A stretch of DNA of 64,000 bases, taken from positions 2,880,001 through 2,944,000 of the forward strand of contig OZ242029.1 of the NCBI GenBank assembly GCA_965205015.1. Direction: 5' to 3'. The position numbers and the translations under genes were made by a program. Below are positions 30,139-39,237 of this stretch, piece after piece; the stretch's first letter is position 1, and the number at the start of each line of letters is the position of its first letter. The stretch comes from Candidatus Poribacteria bacterium (lineage in GTDB: Bacteria; Poribacteria; WGA-4E; WGA-3G). The notes beneath the pieces were generated by a model that saw only the letters and a list, made by a program, of their open reading frames with translations, was not told the origin of the DNA and made no database searches.

Positions 30139-31572
30139 TTAGCAAGACGCTCTTGTGCTGACGGCTATAAGATGACTGTGTAAAGAGACTTTGCGAATAG
30201 CCTCCAAAATTCCGGACACGGCACCTGTTATGGGTTCTGTCAACAACGGTAAAAATATAAGTTGCGAACAGGTCCTTTCAGTCACAGGCAAATCCCCTGG
30301 CGCATAGGTTTTAAATTCCCCGCCCATATCGTTGGTACAGAGGACCCCCCGGCCGTCCATGTACATATCAAGTCCGTGTGTGAAGAGCGGTAAGGTATGC
30401 AGGAGCGGGTACGGATTGCTATTCGTCGGAAACCTACTCCCTGAGAATACAGGCACACCATCGCCAACAATGAGTGGGTACGGGTTATTATTTGCCAAAA
30501 CGCCTTCTTTTCGAAGGGCATCGGCGAACACGGGTGCTGGTAGCCCATGCATCTCTTCCTCGTGATAGTGGATAGGAAATCCAAAGAACCCGGCTGGCTC
30601 AGTCCCTTCATAGGTTTCAATAGGAGAAACCCCCGAAATTTCTCGCAACCCGTCGGAGATTTCTTGGATATAGGCACGGCGGTTTGCGTTGAGTTTATCG
30701 AGTTTCTTCAGCTGCACGGAAGCAATCCCGATTGCGAGTGGATGTGCGCGAAATTTTACGCCAAGTCCCATGGGTGGGAGATGTGTATAGCGCAGTCCTT
30801 CTATTGTTTCTCCTACAACCCCAGCAGGACGATTAACTTGCCCGAGCAGACAAGCCCTCTCAAAAATTGCGACATCGTTGGTCGCAAGCATTCCACCTTC
30901 GCCGCCGCTAATGGGTTTACTCCCTTGCAAACTCCACGCCCCTGCCTGTCCGATACTGCCACACGGTACACCTTTATAGGAGGCACCATGTGCGTGAGAA
31001 CAATCCTCTATGACCGGTACGCCTGTCTCTGCGCTGAGTGCCATGAGCGCATCCATGTCACACACATTGCCCCACAGATGTACCGCCACAATTGCCTTCG
31101 TTCGGGGTGTAATGCGCCGTCGAACATCAGCCACATCGATTAACAGGGTCCTCGGATCTATTTCACAGAAAACCGGCTTTGCCATCAGCGTCAAGGCTGG
31201 TGTGATTGATCCCATCCACGTATAGGTTGGACAGATAACTTCATCACCCGGACCGACGCCCAGTCCGAACATTGCGCTGTGTAGTGCGGCTGTGCCATTG
31301 GTAAGACTCAATGCAAATCGGGTCTGATGGCGTTCACGCCAGGTTCGCTCAAATTCTTGAACAGTCGCGGATACGCCGGAGAGTTCGTTCCGAAGCGTCA
31401 TCTCGTAAACAACCTGAGCCTCTTCTTCTGTCGTCTGGTGCCACTGCTCCAGTTTCGGATAGGAGGCATCAGGCGGTTTTTCAAACACTGGTGTTCCACC
31501 CAAAACAGTAGGAAGCTCGGGGGCGGTGGGCTCATTTTCAGGTTGGAGGTGCTTTGCTCTGTGTTTCTCCAT
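30139..31572 (-). CDS. DegT/DnrJ/EryC1/StrS-family PLP aminotransferase
   Basis: NGTAALH, GDEVI, VHLWG, IEDCSHAHGA, SLQGSK, GEGG. Confidence 0.92.
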   Translation of the reverse strand: MEKHRAKHLQPENEPTAPELPTVLGGTPVFEKPPDASYPKLEQWHQTTEEEAQVVYEMTLRNELSGVSATVQEFERTWRERHQTRFALSLTNGTAALHSAMFGLGVGPGDEVICPTYTWMGSITPALTLMAKPVFCEIDPRTLLIDVADVRRRITPRTKAIVAVHLWGNVCDMDALMALSAETGVPVIEDCSHAHGASYKGVPCGSIGQAGAWSLQGSKPISGGEGGMLATNDVAIFERACLLGQVNRPAGVVGETIEGLRYTHLPPMGLGVKFRAHPLAIGIASVQLKKLDKLNANRRAYIQEISDGLREISGVSPIETYEGTEPAGFFGFPIHYHEEEMHGLPAPVFADALRKEGVLANNNPYPLIVGDGVPVFSGSRFPTNSNPYPLLHTLPLFTHGLDMYMDGRGVLCTNDMGGEFKTYAPGDLPVTERTCSQLIFLPLLTEPITGAVSGILEAIRKVSLHSHLIAVSTRASC

Positions 31573-31670
31573 GGTGAATTATTGCTGCCTTTTTCTTAAC
31601 CGATGCATTGTTTTAATCCCACACTTGTGTTATGCTAATAGATATAGTGCTCGTAAACCTAATATCACGT

Positions 31671-31699
31671 ATAATAACACGTTTTTAGGCTTTTGTCAA
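31671..31699 (-). promoter_or_regulatory. Sigma70-like promoter for the DegT gene
   Basis: Minus strand TTGACA-N17-TATTAT with extended TG. Confidence 0.65.
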
Positions 31700-31719
31700 A
31701 TTTCAGCAGAGACATTGAC

Positions 31720-31810
31720 AGGACTTACGCAATTTGCGGGTGATACGCGACAGTTCACACGCCGCTGGCGAGGTTTGAAACCTCACCAGCATAAGGGCGG
31801 CGTAAGTCCT
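31720..31810. mobile_element. MITE-like element, family B, copy 1
   Basis: Terminal inverted repeats AGGACTTACGC / GCGTAAGTCCT; internal hairpin GCTGGCGAGGTT-TGA-AACCTCACCAGC. Confidence 0.65.
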
Positions 31811-31823
31811 AATTGAGAAAACC

Positions 31824-33035
31824 TTGAATATCGAAAAAGTGTTCGCCTCTGTGTTTCGGAACAGAGCATCCCAAGCCAAACATTTATTTCTTATAGTAAA
31901 ACCCGTAATTACTTATACACTAACACAAGGGCGAGGATACAATCCTCGCCAGCGGTGGCGGGGTGTTTGTTCCCTGACGAACTGTAAACATATTTTTGGA
32001 TTTTACTATAATTTTATACCGTCACTCCTTGCGCTTGCTGGATTTTTTCTTTTCTGTGGGCTTGTGCTTCAGATACGCGGGCAAGATCCGCTGGAATTCT
32101 ATAGTATTATCCTTGTGAGTGGATTCGCAAGTTTTGATGATTTCGGCTATGTTCTCTTCAATGCGACCCCACTTATATTTACAGGGCTCGCTGTCGCTAT
32201 CGCCTACAAAAGCGGACTGTTTAATATCGGTTGCGAAGGGCAGCTCTATATCGCAGCGTTCGCCGCTGCATGGATAGGCATACATCTGAACCTCCCCCCT
32301 TTTTTGCTGATCCCCTTCTGTATAGGTGGCGCAATGGTTGCCGGTGCTGGATGGGGTGCGATTCCAGGACTCTTAAAGGCGAGATACGGGGCGCATGAAG
32401 TTATCAATACCATTATGATGAACTTCATCGCATTCGCCCTCATGAATTATCTTGTTACGTCCATCTACCAAGAACCCGGTCAGATGATTCCACAAACACA
32501 ACAGATTCATGAAGCGGCACGGCTCCCGCGGTTGGCATCTTTCTTCCCCGTTCTTCCACAAAGTAATCCACTAAACGTGACTTTCTTGCTCGCTTGTGGG
32601 TGTGCTGTATGTTGTTATATCTTCTTAACACACACGCGTTGGGGCTACGAACTTCGTTTGGTGGGGAACGCGCGAGATGCTGCAACTTACGGTGGGATAA
32701 ATCCCGGCACTGTGACGATATGGGTGATGGCGTTGAGCGGTGCGATTGCGGGGTTAGCGGGTGTAACTGAGGTCATGGGATACCGTCACCGGTTTTTGGA
32801 TAATTTCTCATCAGGATGGGGATTCACTGGAATCGCAGTTGCGCTTTTGGGCAGGAACAATCCTTTCGGTATCTTGGCTGCGGCTATCCTATTTGGAACA
32901 CTGAACAAGGTCGCCTTAGATATCGAAATTTTGTTGGGAGTCCCGCGCGGTTTATTTCTCGCGGGTCAAGGCATGCTAATTATCTGGTTAGTTAGCATAG
33001 AAAGCATCTCGCGGAGAGGCACGAGAAAGTCCTAA
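31824..33035 (+). CDS. Nucleoside/sugar ABC transporter permease with in-frame repeat insertion
   Basis: ATPLIFTGLAVA, GLFNIGCEGQ, EVINTIMMN, GFTGIAVALLG; TTG start uncertain. Confidence 0.85.
   Translation: MNIEKVFASVFRNRASQAKHLFLIVKPVITYTLTQGRGYNPRQRWRGVCSLTNCKHIFGFYYNFIPSLLALAGFFLFCGLVLQIRGQDPLEFYSIILVSGFASFDDFGYVLFNATPLIFTGLAVAIAYKSGLFNIGCEGQLYIAAFAAAWIGIHLNLPPFLLIPFCIGGAMVAGAGWGAIPGLLKARYGAHEVINTIMMNFIAFALMNYLVTSIYQEPGQMIPQTQQIHEAARLPRLASFFPVLPQSNPLNVTFLLACGCAVCCYIFLTHTRWGYELRLVGNARDAATYGGINPGTVTIWVMALSGAIAGLAGVTEVMGYRHRFLDNFSSGWGFTGIAVALLGRNNPFGILAAAILFGTLNKVALDIEILLGVPRGLFLAGQGMLIIWLVSIESISRRGTRKS
31891..32011. mobile_element. 121-bp MITE-like element, family A, copy 2 (inside CDS)
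   Basis: TTATAGTAAAACCC... / ...GGATTTTACTATAA ends; hairpin GGCGAGGAT-ACA-ATCCTCGCC. Confidence 0.72.
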
Positions 33036-33070
33036 CTCCCCTAACTGAACCGCAAGGTAAATTTAAAAAA

Positions 33071-33919
33071 ATGATTTTTGAACTAATTCCGAGCACTTTG
33101 CGAATGGCGACACCCTTGGGATTCGCTGCACTCGGTGGAATTTATTCCGAGCGCGCCGGGATTATCAACCTCGCGCTTGAAGGTATGATGCTCATGGGAG
33201 CTTTCGGTTATGTTGTCGGAACACAAGTTTCAGGGTCAGTATGGATCGGACTGCTCGTGGGGACAGGCTTTGCGTTAGCATTGGCACTCCTACACGCTGT
33301 CGCAACGGTTACTTTTCACGCAGATCAGATTGTCACAGGTGTCGGTATCAACATCTTAGCGTTAGGAATTACAGAATACCTCTTACCGACGACTGAACAG
33401 GTAGGGGGTCTTCCACACTGGAAGTTGCCGTTTATCGGTTCGTACAGTTTCGTCGTCTATTTGCTGCCGGTGTTGATGGTGGCGAGCCATATCCTCCTGT
33501 TCAAAACCCCGTGGGGTTTGCGATTGCGCGCAGCGGGTGAATCAACAGAGGCACTCGCTGCACTCAGTTTGAGTCGGGCGAAATGGCAGTATATCGGGGT
33601 TATGCTAAGCGGTATCTTAGCAGGCATCGGTGGCTGTTTTTTGGCCGCTGAAGTACACTATTTCACAAAAGGGATGACAGCAGGACGTGGCTATCTCGCA
33701 CTCGCGGCTATCATCTTCGGAAATTGGCGTCCATTGAGCGGCATCGCAGCATGCTTCCTCTTTGGATTCGCCACCGCTTTAGAACTCGCGAACCGATGGA
33801 ACATTCCCGTCCAATTGCTAAACAGTTTACCCTATATTTTAACGATGATTGTCCTTGCGGGGTTGGTTGGGACATCACGCCCACCTGCGAGTTTGGGGCA
33901 GATGAAATCGCAAGAATAG
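33071..33919 (+). CDS. Nucleoside/sugar ABC transporter permease (second subunit)
   Basis: SERAGIINLALEGMML, GLRLRAAGE, GRGYLALAAIIFGNW, LPY. Confidence 0.9.
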   Translation: MIFELIPSTLRMATPLGFAALGGIYSERAGIINLALEGMMLMGAFGYVVGTQVSGSVWIGLLVGTGFALALALLHAVATVTFHADQIVTGVGINILALGITEYLLPTTEQVGGLPHWKLPFIGSYSFVVYLLPVLMVASHILLFKTPWGLRLRAAGESTEALAALSLSRAKWQYIGVMLSGILAGIGGCFLAAEVHYFTKGMTAGRGYLALAAIIFGNWRPLSGIAACFLFGFATALELANRWNIPVQLLNSLPYILTMIVLAGLVGTSRPPASLGQMKSQE

Positions 33920-33932
33920 CCGTCAGCCATCA

Positions 33933-33999
33933 GGAGGAGATTGGAAGGATGGAAGAACGGAAGGATGGGCTCCCAACCTTCCAGTTTTCCAATCTTCCC
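33933..33999. repeat. GGAAG-rich imperfect palindrome between convergent genes (possible terminator)
   Basis: GATTGGAAGGATGGAAG ... CTTCCAGTTTTCCAATC. Confidence 0.5.
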
Positions 34000-34036
34000 T
34001 CCACAGGCTAAAGGTTGCTGAGAGCCGATAGCATTC

Positions 34037-36394
34037 TTAGGTCTCGTCCCCTTCATCCACAAGCCCGTGATAGTTACCGTGCTGACTGTAATAACCGTAA
34101 GATTTGGCGTGCTTCGGATTGATCATGTTGCAAAGTACACCGATGCCTTTCATCGGGAAGGCTTCTGTCAAATGCCGGACGCCGGTAAGCATATCAAAGC
34201 GTCGGGTCTTCGTGATGTCAAACACGTAGACAATAGCATCAACGATGTTTGCCAAAATCATCGGATCGGCGACGGCACGAACCGGTGGTGAGTCGATCAC
34301 AATCACATCATACTCCGATTTTGTAAGCTCCAGCCAATCCGTCATCATTTCCGAGTTGAGCAGCTCAATTGGATTTGGTGGCACTGTACCACTCGGCACA
34401 AGATGCAGATTAGGAATGTCGGTCTGCTTGATCGTTGTGTGGAGGATGTCGTCCCCATTTTCTGAGTTTAAATGGATAAGGGCTTCACTTAATCCGGGTT
34501 TACGGGCATCAACGCGCGCGATAGGGAACTCAGCGTCAGATGCCTCCGTTACGTCTTCCGCCCGAGGGAGTTGTTCTCTCGGAAAAGTATTGTGTTGAGA
34601 GGGGCGGCGCATGTCCGCATCAATTAATAAAACTTTATTTCCCCTTTGTGCAAGCGCGACGGCAAGATTCGAGGAGATCGTACTTTTCCCTTCGCCCCGA
34701 GTCGCACTCGTAACCAGGATTGTTCTCACGGGTGCGCCTGGGTTCAGAAACGGTAGTTTCGCTTGTAGAACACGAAACGCCTCAGCCGACCTTGATTGCG
34801 GTGCATCGTGAACAATTAGCGGAAGTCGGTACGTATGACGCTTTTTGATAGATGGAAGTACCCCAAGGAAACTTGGCGATTCGGGCAGGGCATCCAATTG
34901 ACGGACTGCATCTTCCAGACGGAGATATGTATCGTCAAAGTAATTTTTCGCGACAGCGTAAGTGAAGCCGAGTAGCATACCTGCGATAGCCCCCAAGGCG
35001 AGATTCAGTTTGAGGCGAGGCTTCAACGGTTCTTCGGGTGCCCGTGCCAAATCTAAAGTTTTGATACTCTCCGTGCGAGCCTGTGCGAAAATTTCCGCCT
35101 CCCGTAACTTCGTTTCTAAAGCCGCTGCTTGTGTGGTATAAATTTCAATGTCCCGCTTGAGTCGGTAAAACTGCAATTGTGTTGGGGACCAGCTCCCCAA
35201 TTTCTCGAGGTGTGCAGCGATCTTGGCAGCGACCTCGTCCTTCTGTTTCTTAAGGCTGATAATGGCTGCCTCCGCCTCATTCACCTTCTCTGTGAGTGCT
35301 TGATGGAGCGGATTGTAAGTAGAAGTTGTACTTTTTATGTCTTTTTCTTCTGCATCAAGTCGAGTTCTCGTCTCTTTAATTTTTTGGTCAATCGCAGTCA
35401 CTTCAGGATGCGTTTCATCATATTTGCCGAGCAGCTCCGCTCTGTCAATTTCATATTGGTGTAAACTATCTTGCAGCTTGGAATGTGAAGGATTCCGCGC
35501 GATTGTTTCCGAGATGAGATCTTCTGATAAGTTTTCCAGTTCCGCTTGATAAGTCCCCAGTCTAAATTCGGCACTTACCAAGAGATCTATCAATTCATTT
35601 TCTTTCACTTGAAGTGCCAAGATTATCTGCGCCTGCGTTCCGCCCTCTGCGTTCAAGGTAATCTCTGGGTACTCTTGCTGAAATTCAAAGAACGCCTCTT
35701 CAGCCTTTGTGAGGCTATCCTTGGTCTGATTCAGCATTGACTGCGGCAGCGGTTTCTCCCACCACTGCATTCTGTCAACGGCTTCCGCTTCGACGACCGC
35801 CTGAAATACAGCTGCAATCCTATTGGCTATATTCTCTGCCCGTTCGGGGGTCCGTTGTGTCACGGTAACAGTAATTACACTTCCGTCGGGTGTTTCTTCA
35901 ATCTGTAACTGCTCGTCAATGAGGGTTTTGATGAAGAAGTCCTCCCACTCCGTGAGGGTGAGTTCCCCCTGTTCCGTCGCATCCTGAGCAAGTGTAATAT
36001 TCAACACATCCGCGAGCCATACGACGACTTGCCCGCGATGAACCGGCAATGGATCCAGGAGTCCCTCCTCTCTGAGTTGGCGGATAGCCGGAGCAATCAC
36101 GAAGTCCCGCGATTGTATTTGGGCGGCGTAAGCCCCCAAAGATGGACCGCTTACTAACCCAGATATAGGCAATTGTGAAAGTAGAGAAGAGGTGGGTTGA
36201 CCGTCTAAGACGCGAAGCGTTGTTTCAGATTGATAAACCGGCGGCGTGAGGTCGGTTATGAGAAACGCCGCAAAAACAGAGAGCAAAAAAATGAGAAGGA
36301 CACTCCATTTATGCCGAAAAAGGATCCAAAAATAGTCTGATATTCGAATTTCTCTGACTTCTTCAAAGTGCCTGTGATCGGTTGTTTCTGGCAT
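34037..36394 (-). CDS. wzc: Polysaccharide co-polymerase/tyrosine autokinase (Wzc/GumC family)
   Basis: Two TM helices around a coiled coil; AEAFRVL, GEGKST, LLIDADMRRP, VIDSPP; Tyr-rich C-terminus; start at ATG 36394. Confidence 0.9.
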   Translation of the reverse strand: MPETTDHRHFEEVREIRISDYFWILFRHKWSVLLIFLLSVFAAFLITDLTPPVYQSETTLRVLDGQPTSSLLSQLPISGLVSGPSLGAYAAQIQSRDFVIAPAIRQLREEGLLDPLPVHRGQVVVWLADVLNITLAQDATEQGELTLTEWEDFFIKTLIDEQLQIEETPDGSVITVTVTQRTPERAENIANRIAAVFQAVVEAEAVDRMQWWEKPLPQSMLNQTKDSLTKAEEAFFEFQQEYPEITLNAEGGTQAQIILALQVKENELIDLLVSAEFRLGTYQAELENLSEDLISETIARNPSHSKLQDSLHQYEIDRAELLGKYDETHPEVTAIDQKIKETRTRLDAEEKDIKSTTSTYNPLHQALTEKVNEAEAAIISLKKQKDEVAAKIAAHLEKLGSWSPTQLQFYRLKRDIEIYTTQAAALETKLREAEIFAQARTESIKTLDLARAPEEPLKPRLKLNLALGAIAGMLLGFTYAVAKNYFDDTYLRLEDAVRQLDALPESPSFLGVLPSIKKRHTYRLPLIVHDAPQSRSAEAFRVLQAKLPFLNPGAPVRTILVTSATRGEGKSTISSNLAVALAQRGNKVLLIDADMRRPSQHNTFPREQLPRAEDVTEASDAEFPIARVDARKPGLSEALIHLNSENGDDILHTTIKQTDIPNLHLVPSGTVPPNPIELLNSEMMTDWLELTKSEYDVIVIDSPPVRAVADPMILANIVDAIVYVFDITKTRRFDMLTGVRHLTEAFPMKGIGVLCNMINPKHAKSYGYYSQHGNYHGLVDEGDET

Positions 36395-36405
36395 CTCTAA
36401 CCTCT

Positions 36406-37743
36406 TTAATTGTACCTGAGCAGGACTGTGACAAGCAAGTTCACAAAAGATGTTGCGAAGGTGATGACGCGCCAATCTAAACGGGTTCTTTCACGGACTC
36501 TGAGTTGATCCTTCGGGTTCAAGTAAACCTCCGAGTGCCTCTGATTGAAGTCCAGTTCTTCCTCTGTCCCATCTGCCCGCGTAAGTAAGCATTTTTTCGG
36601 ATTCGCTCTTTCTTCGTTGAACCCGCCTGCCATTGCAATGGCTTGACCGAGCAGGATTGGTTCCGTAATCACATATTGGCCGGGTTTCTCAACGGCCCCT
36701 GTAACGCTAATTTTCGCTTCCGCTAACGGGACATACAATGTATCTCCGGGTCCCATCATCACCTCAACATTCTCTGCGGCGAGATCGATTAAAATGCGTT
36801 CTTTACTGGTGATGATTTCCGATTTGTGTACGTTCGCGAAATCAGTCCTGGATCCTCCCGCGATTTTCAATACCTGACTCGCTGGCACCTGCGATGCCGT
36901 TATAGGATAAACCCCTGGGGCTACCACGGCACCTATGACGCGTACAGGGCGTTGCTGAAAGACCGACGGAATGAAGATAGTGTCATGGTCCTTCAAAGGA
37001 ATATCGGGCCCCCCCGCACTGAGGAGCCGAAGGTAATCAATTTTCTTATAGAGTTTTCCATCCCGCCAGATGGAAATGTCCGTAAGATCCGCAGCTTCAT
37101 AGTTGATTCCAGCAGATGCGAGGGCTTGCAGGAGATATACCTGCCCGACTTCAAAGACATGGAGGTTCCCCCGGGCGCGAAGTTGGACTGCTCCGAATAC
37201 GAGAATGTTTCGCTTCGGTTTCATGAGCGTTACGAACACGCGAGCCGTTGGAAGGTGCTTAGAGAAAGCGGACTGCATCTGCGCTTCGAGTTCAGAAACT
37301 GTGAGATTCACTGCCTTGATAAGTCCGATCAGTGGATAGGAGACATAACCGTCTTGTTGAACCGGAACTGGAACGCGCTCTTTGCTATATTCAGGATAGC
37401 CGTCCACGGTGACAACAAAACTGTCACCCACTTGCAATTTATATGTAGATAATTCCGACTGTGATTCTTGTGATTTAGACTGTGATTCTTGTGATTTGGA
37501 CTGTGATTCTTGTGATTTGGACTGTGATTCTTGTGATTTAGACTGTGGATCTTTTGGTGCAACCGCCGGGTTTCCGATGGTCGGATTTTCGGTGGGGGCA
37601 TCCGCGGCGGCAATGAGTCCGGAAAGGCTCAGTTGTAACACACTCAGCAAAAACAGTATAAATCTAAAAGAAAATTTTGGGCTGCTCATACATTTGGCGC
37701 ATCCGCCACCAAAAAACTGATTTCGTAAAACAGATGTGTTCAT
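36406..37743 (-). CDS. wza: Polysaccharide export protein with SLBB repeats (Wza-like)
   Basis: YKLQVGD, DGYVSYPLIG, repeated VxGAVxxPGxY SLBB motifs; start uncertain (37743 or 37689). Confidence 0.82.
   Translation of the reverse strand: MNTSVLRNQFFGGGCAKCMSSPKFSFRFILFLLSVLQLSLSGLIAAADAPTENPTIGNPAVAPKDPQSKSQESQSKSQESQSKSQESQSKSQESQSELSTYKLQVGDSFVVTVDGYPEYSKERVPVPVQQDGYVSYPLIGLIKAVNLTVSELEAQMQSAFSKHLPTARVFVTLMKPKRNILVFGAVQLRARGNLHVFEVGQVYLLQALASAGINYEAADLTDISIWRDGKLYKKIDYLRLLSAGGPDIPLKDHDTIFIPSVFQQRPVRVIGAVVAPGVYPITASQVPASQVLKIAGGSRTDFANVHKSEIITSKERILIDLAAENVEVMMGPGDTLYVPLAEAKISVTGAVEKPGQYVITEPILLGQAIAMAGGFNEERANPKKCLLTRADGTEEELDFNQRHSEVYLNPKDQLRVRERTRLDWRVITFATSFVNLLVTVLLRYN
37457..37547. 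repeat. 21-bp tandem repeat, ~4.3 copies, coding (QSKSQES)n
   Basis: Unit GACTGTGATTCTTGTGATTT(A/G), no spacers. Confidence 0.92.
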
Positions 37744-37902
37744 GAAATTTTTTAATTTTTCCTTGCGGTTCGTTGCGGTTCGTTGCAGGCTTGACGTGCC
37801 TCTCCGTGGAGTCGCCTGCTCTGTTGTTGCAGGCTGCGGCTCGGTATTAATTTCTATATCGTTGAATATTCTAACAGACATTCACGCAAAAGACAAGGGA
37901 AA

Positions 37903-38463
37903 TCATAGGTTATTCGCAATACGAATTTCTTCGTTACTAAAGGCTTCGTCATGCCATTCAGCGATACGCCATTCATTGTTTCTCTTTTCAAAGATAAAAA
38001 GGTTGTCCCCTTCGGCGTACACACCGCTAAATCCACCCTCAAGCGAGTGTCCATCGGAGATAAAGAGTTGGATTCTATAGTGATTCCTGACTTCCGCCTG
38101 ATTACCATCCTCATTCATCGTAATTTCTGGTGGGACAGAGAGTTCTATCTCAATATCCTGAAACTTCTCAAAAACACGAGTGGCAGCGTCTCGTTCCTGT
38201 CGAATGTCATCGAACTCCAAATCGTCTGTTTTATCTCCATCTGTCCCCCAATCGGAAACATAGAGGAAACCCTCTTCCCAAAAAGTATTGATATAAGCGT
38301 TGACATCCTCCGTTTCATACCCTTGCCGCCATCGATCTAAGACTTTATTGATTTGAAGCATTTCTTCCGGCGGCACCTGCCCGACCTTGTCAGCGTCCCC
38401 ACACCCCATAAAACCTATGAGTAAGATAAGGACGCCGGTGACTTTCGCAAAAACTCTGAACAT
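37903..38463 (-). CDS. Lipoprotein with SnoaL/NTF2-like domain
   Basis: Lipobox FMGC; LDRWRQGYETEDVNAY ... FEKRNNEWRIAEW. Confidence 0.75.
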   Translation of the reverse strand: MFRVFAKVTGVLILLIGFMGCGDADKVGQVPPEEMLQINKVLDRWRQGYETEDVNAYINTFWEEGFLYVSDWGTDGDKTDDLEFDDIRQERDAATRVFEKFQDIEIELSVPPEITMNEDGNQAEVRNHYRIQLFISDGHSLEGGFSGVYAEGDNLFIFEKRNNEWRIAEWHDEAFSNEEIRIANNL

Positions 38464-38607
38464 AATAATTAAGTATCCTCTTTATTATTTTAACCGAGGT
38501 TTGGACAATTTGAATGATATTCCTGCTGGCTTTTACTGACTCCATGTTCCACTTTAGTTGCAAGCCGATTGGGTCTCCTTCAAAAAATTTTGTTGATTGT
38601 TATCGGT

Positions 38608-38733
38608 CAGGACTTACGCAATCTTGACCATAGGACGCGCTGTTAGAGGGAGAACCCTAAAAAACACAGATGTTCTCGTGGAAAACCCAACCTAACAGAT
38701 TATGCTACAAAAGAGCATCATGCATAAATCCTG
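38608..38733. mobile_element. MITE-like element, family B, copy 2 (degenerate)
   Basis: CAGGACTTACGCA ... TGCATAAATCCTG; contains CTAACAGATTATGCTACA shared with 6483..6541. Confidence 0.55.
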
Positions 38734-38793
38734 TGGGTGTTATGTTTCTTGTAAAACGTTTCTCTTGGGGAAAGCGCGCAACTGTAGATGTAA

Positions 38794-39010
38794 ATTTCAC
38801 AGTAAGCATTTCAGAGATGGTCCTTGTTACCCTCGCAGAACCCAGTTGTTATATAGGTTTAGAGCCGTTTAGGAGAGATTTCATTTTTTGGGGTTTACTG
38901 TGAAACTATAAAATTGTGAAGTTTGAGTTAACATTGAAAGAATCCAGGCACAGTATGGGTTTATCGCCTGTTTGAAGTGTCAACAGATTTTAGGTTTACT
39001 GTGAAACTAT
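38794..39010. repeat. Inverted and direct repeats (IS-end-like remnants)
   Basis: TTTCACAGTAA at ~38795 is inverted to GGTTTACTGTGAAACTAT, which occurs twice (38892..38909 and 38993..39010). Confidence 0.6.
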
Positions 39011-39237
39011 CTATATGTTGAAATGTCTATAACGGAATGTGTAATATTTCTCAAGGTTTGAACGGTTGGGCTATCGGTAGTGGATTGTCAGAAATAGGAT
39101 TATCGGACTTAGATGTTTACGCGTCAGAATGAGGATTTTCAAGATTAGCAGATGGAAAGGATCATAAACGTTTCCTGGTTAAATCAGGTCTTTTACGCGG
39201 ATTATTGTGCTTTGCTCTTACATTTAGGAGGCTTTTC

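Noticed and set aside
37457-37547. Possible CRISPR array
   Set aside because: Head-to-tail 21-bp units with no spacers, in frame within a CDS; no cas genes in the window.
37744-37881. N-terminal extension of the Wza-like ORF given by the ORF track
   Set aside because: The extension reads through a family C repeat; the signal-like segment lies downstream, so a later start is more plausible.
38892-39010. Possible mini-CRISPR (two 18-bp direct repeats)
   Set aside because: Only two short copies 101 bp apart; better explained as IS-end remnants.
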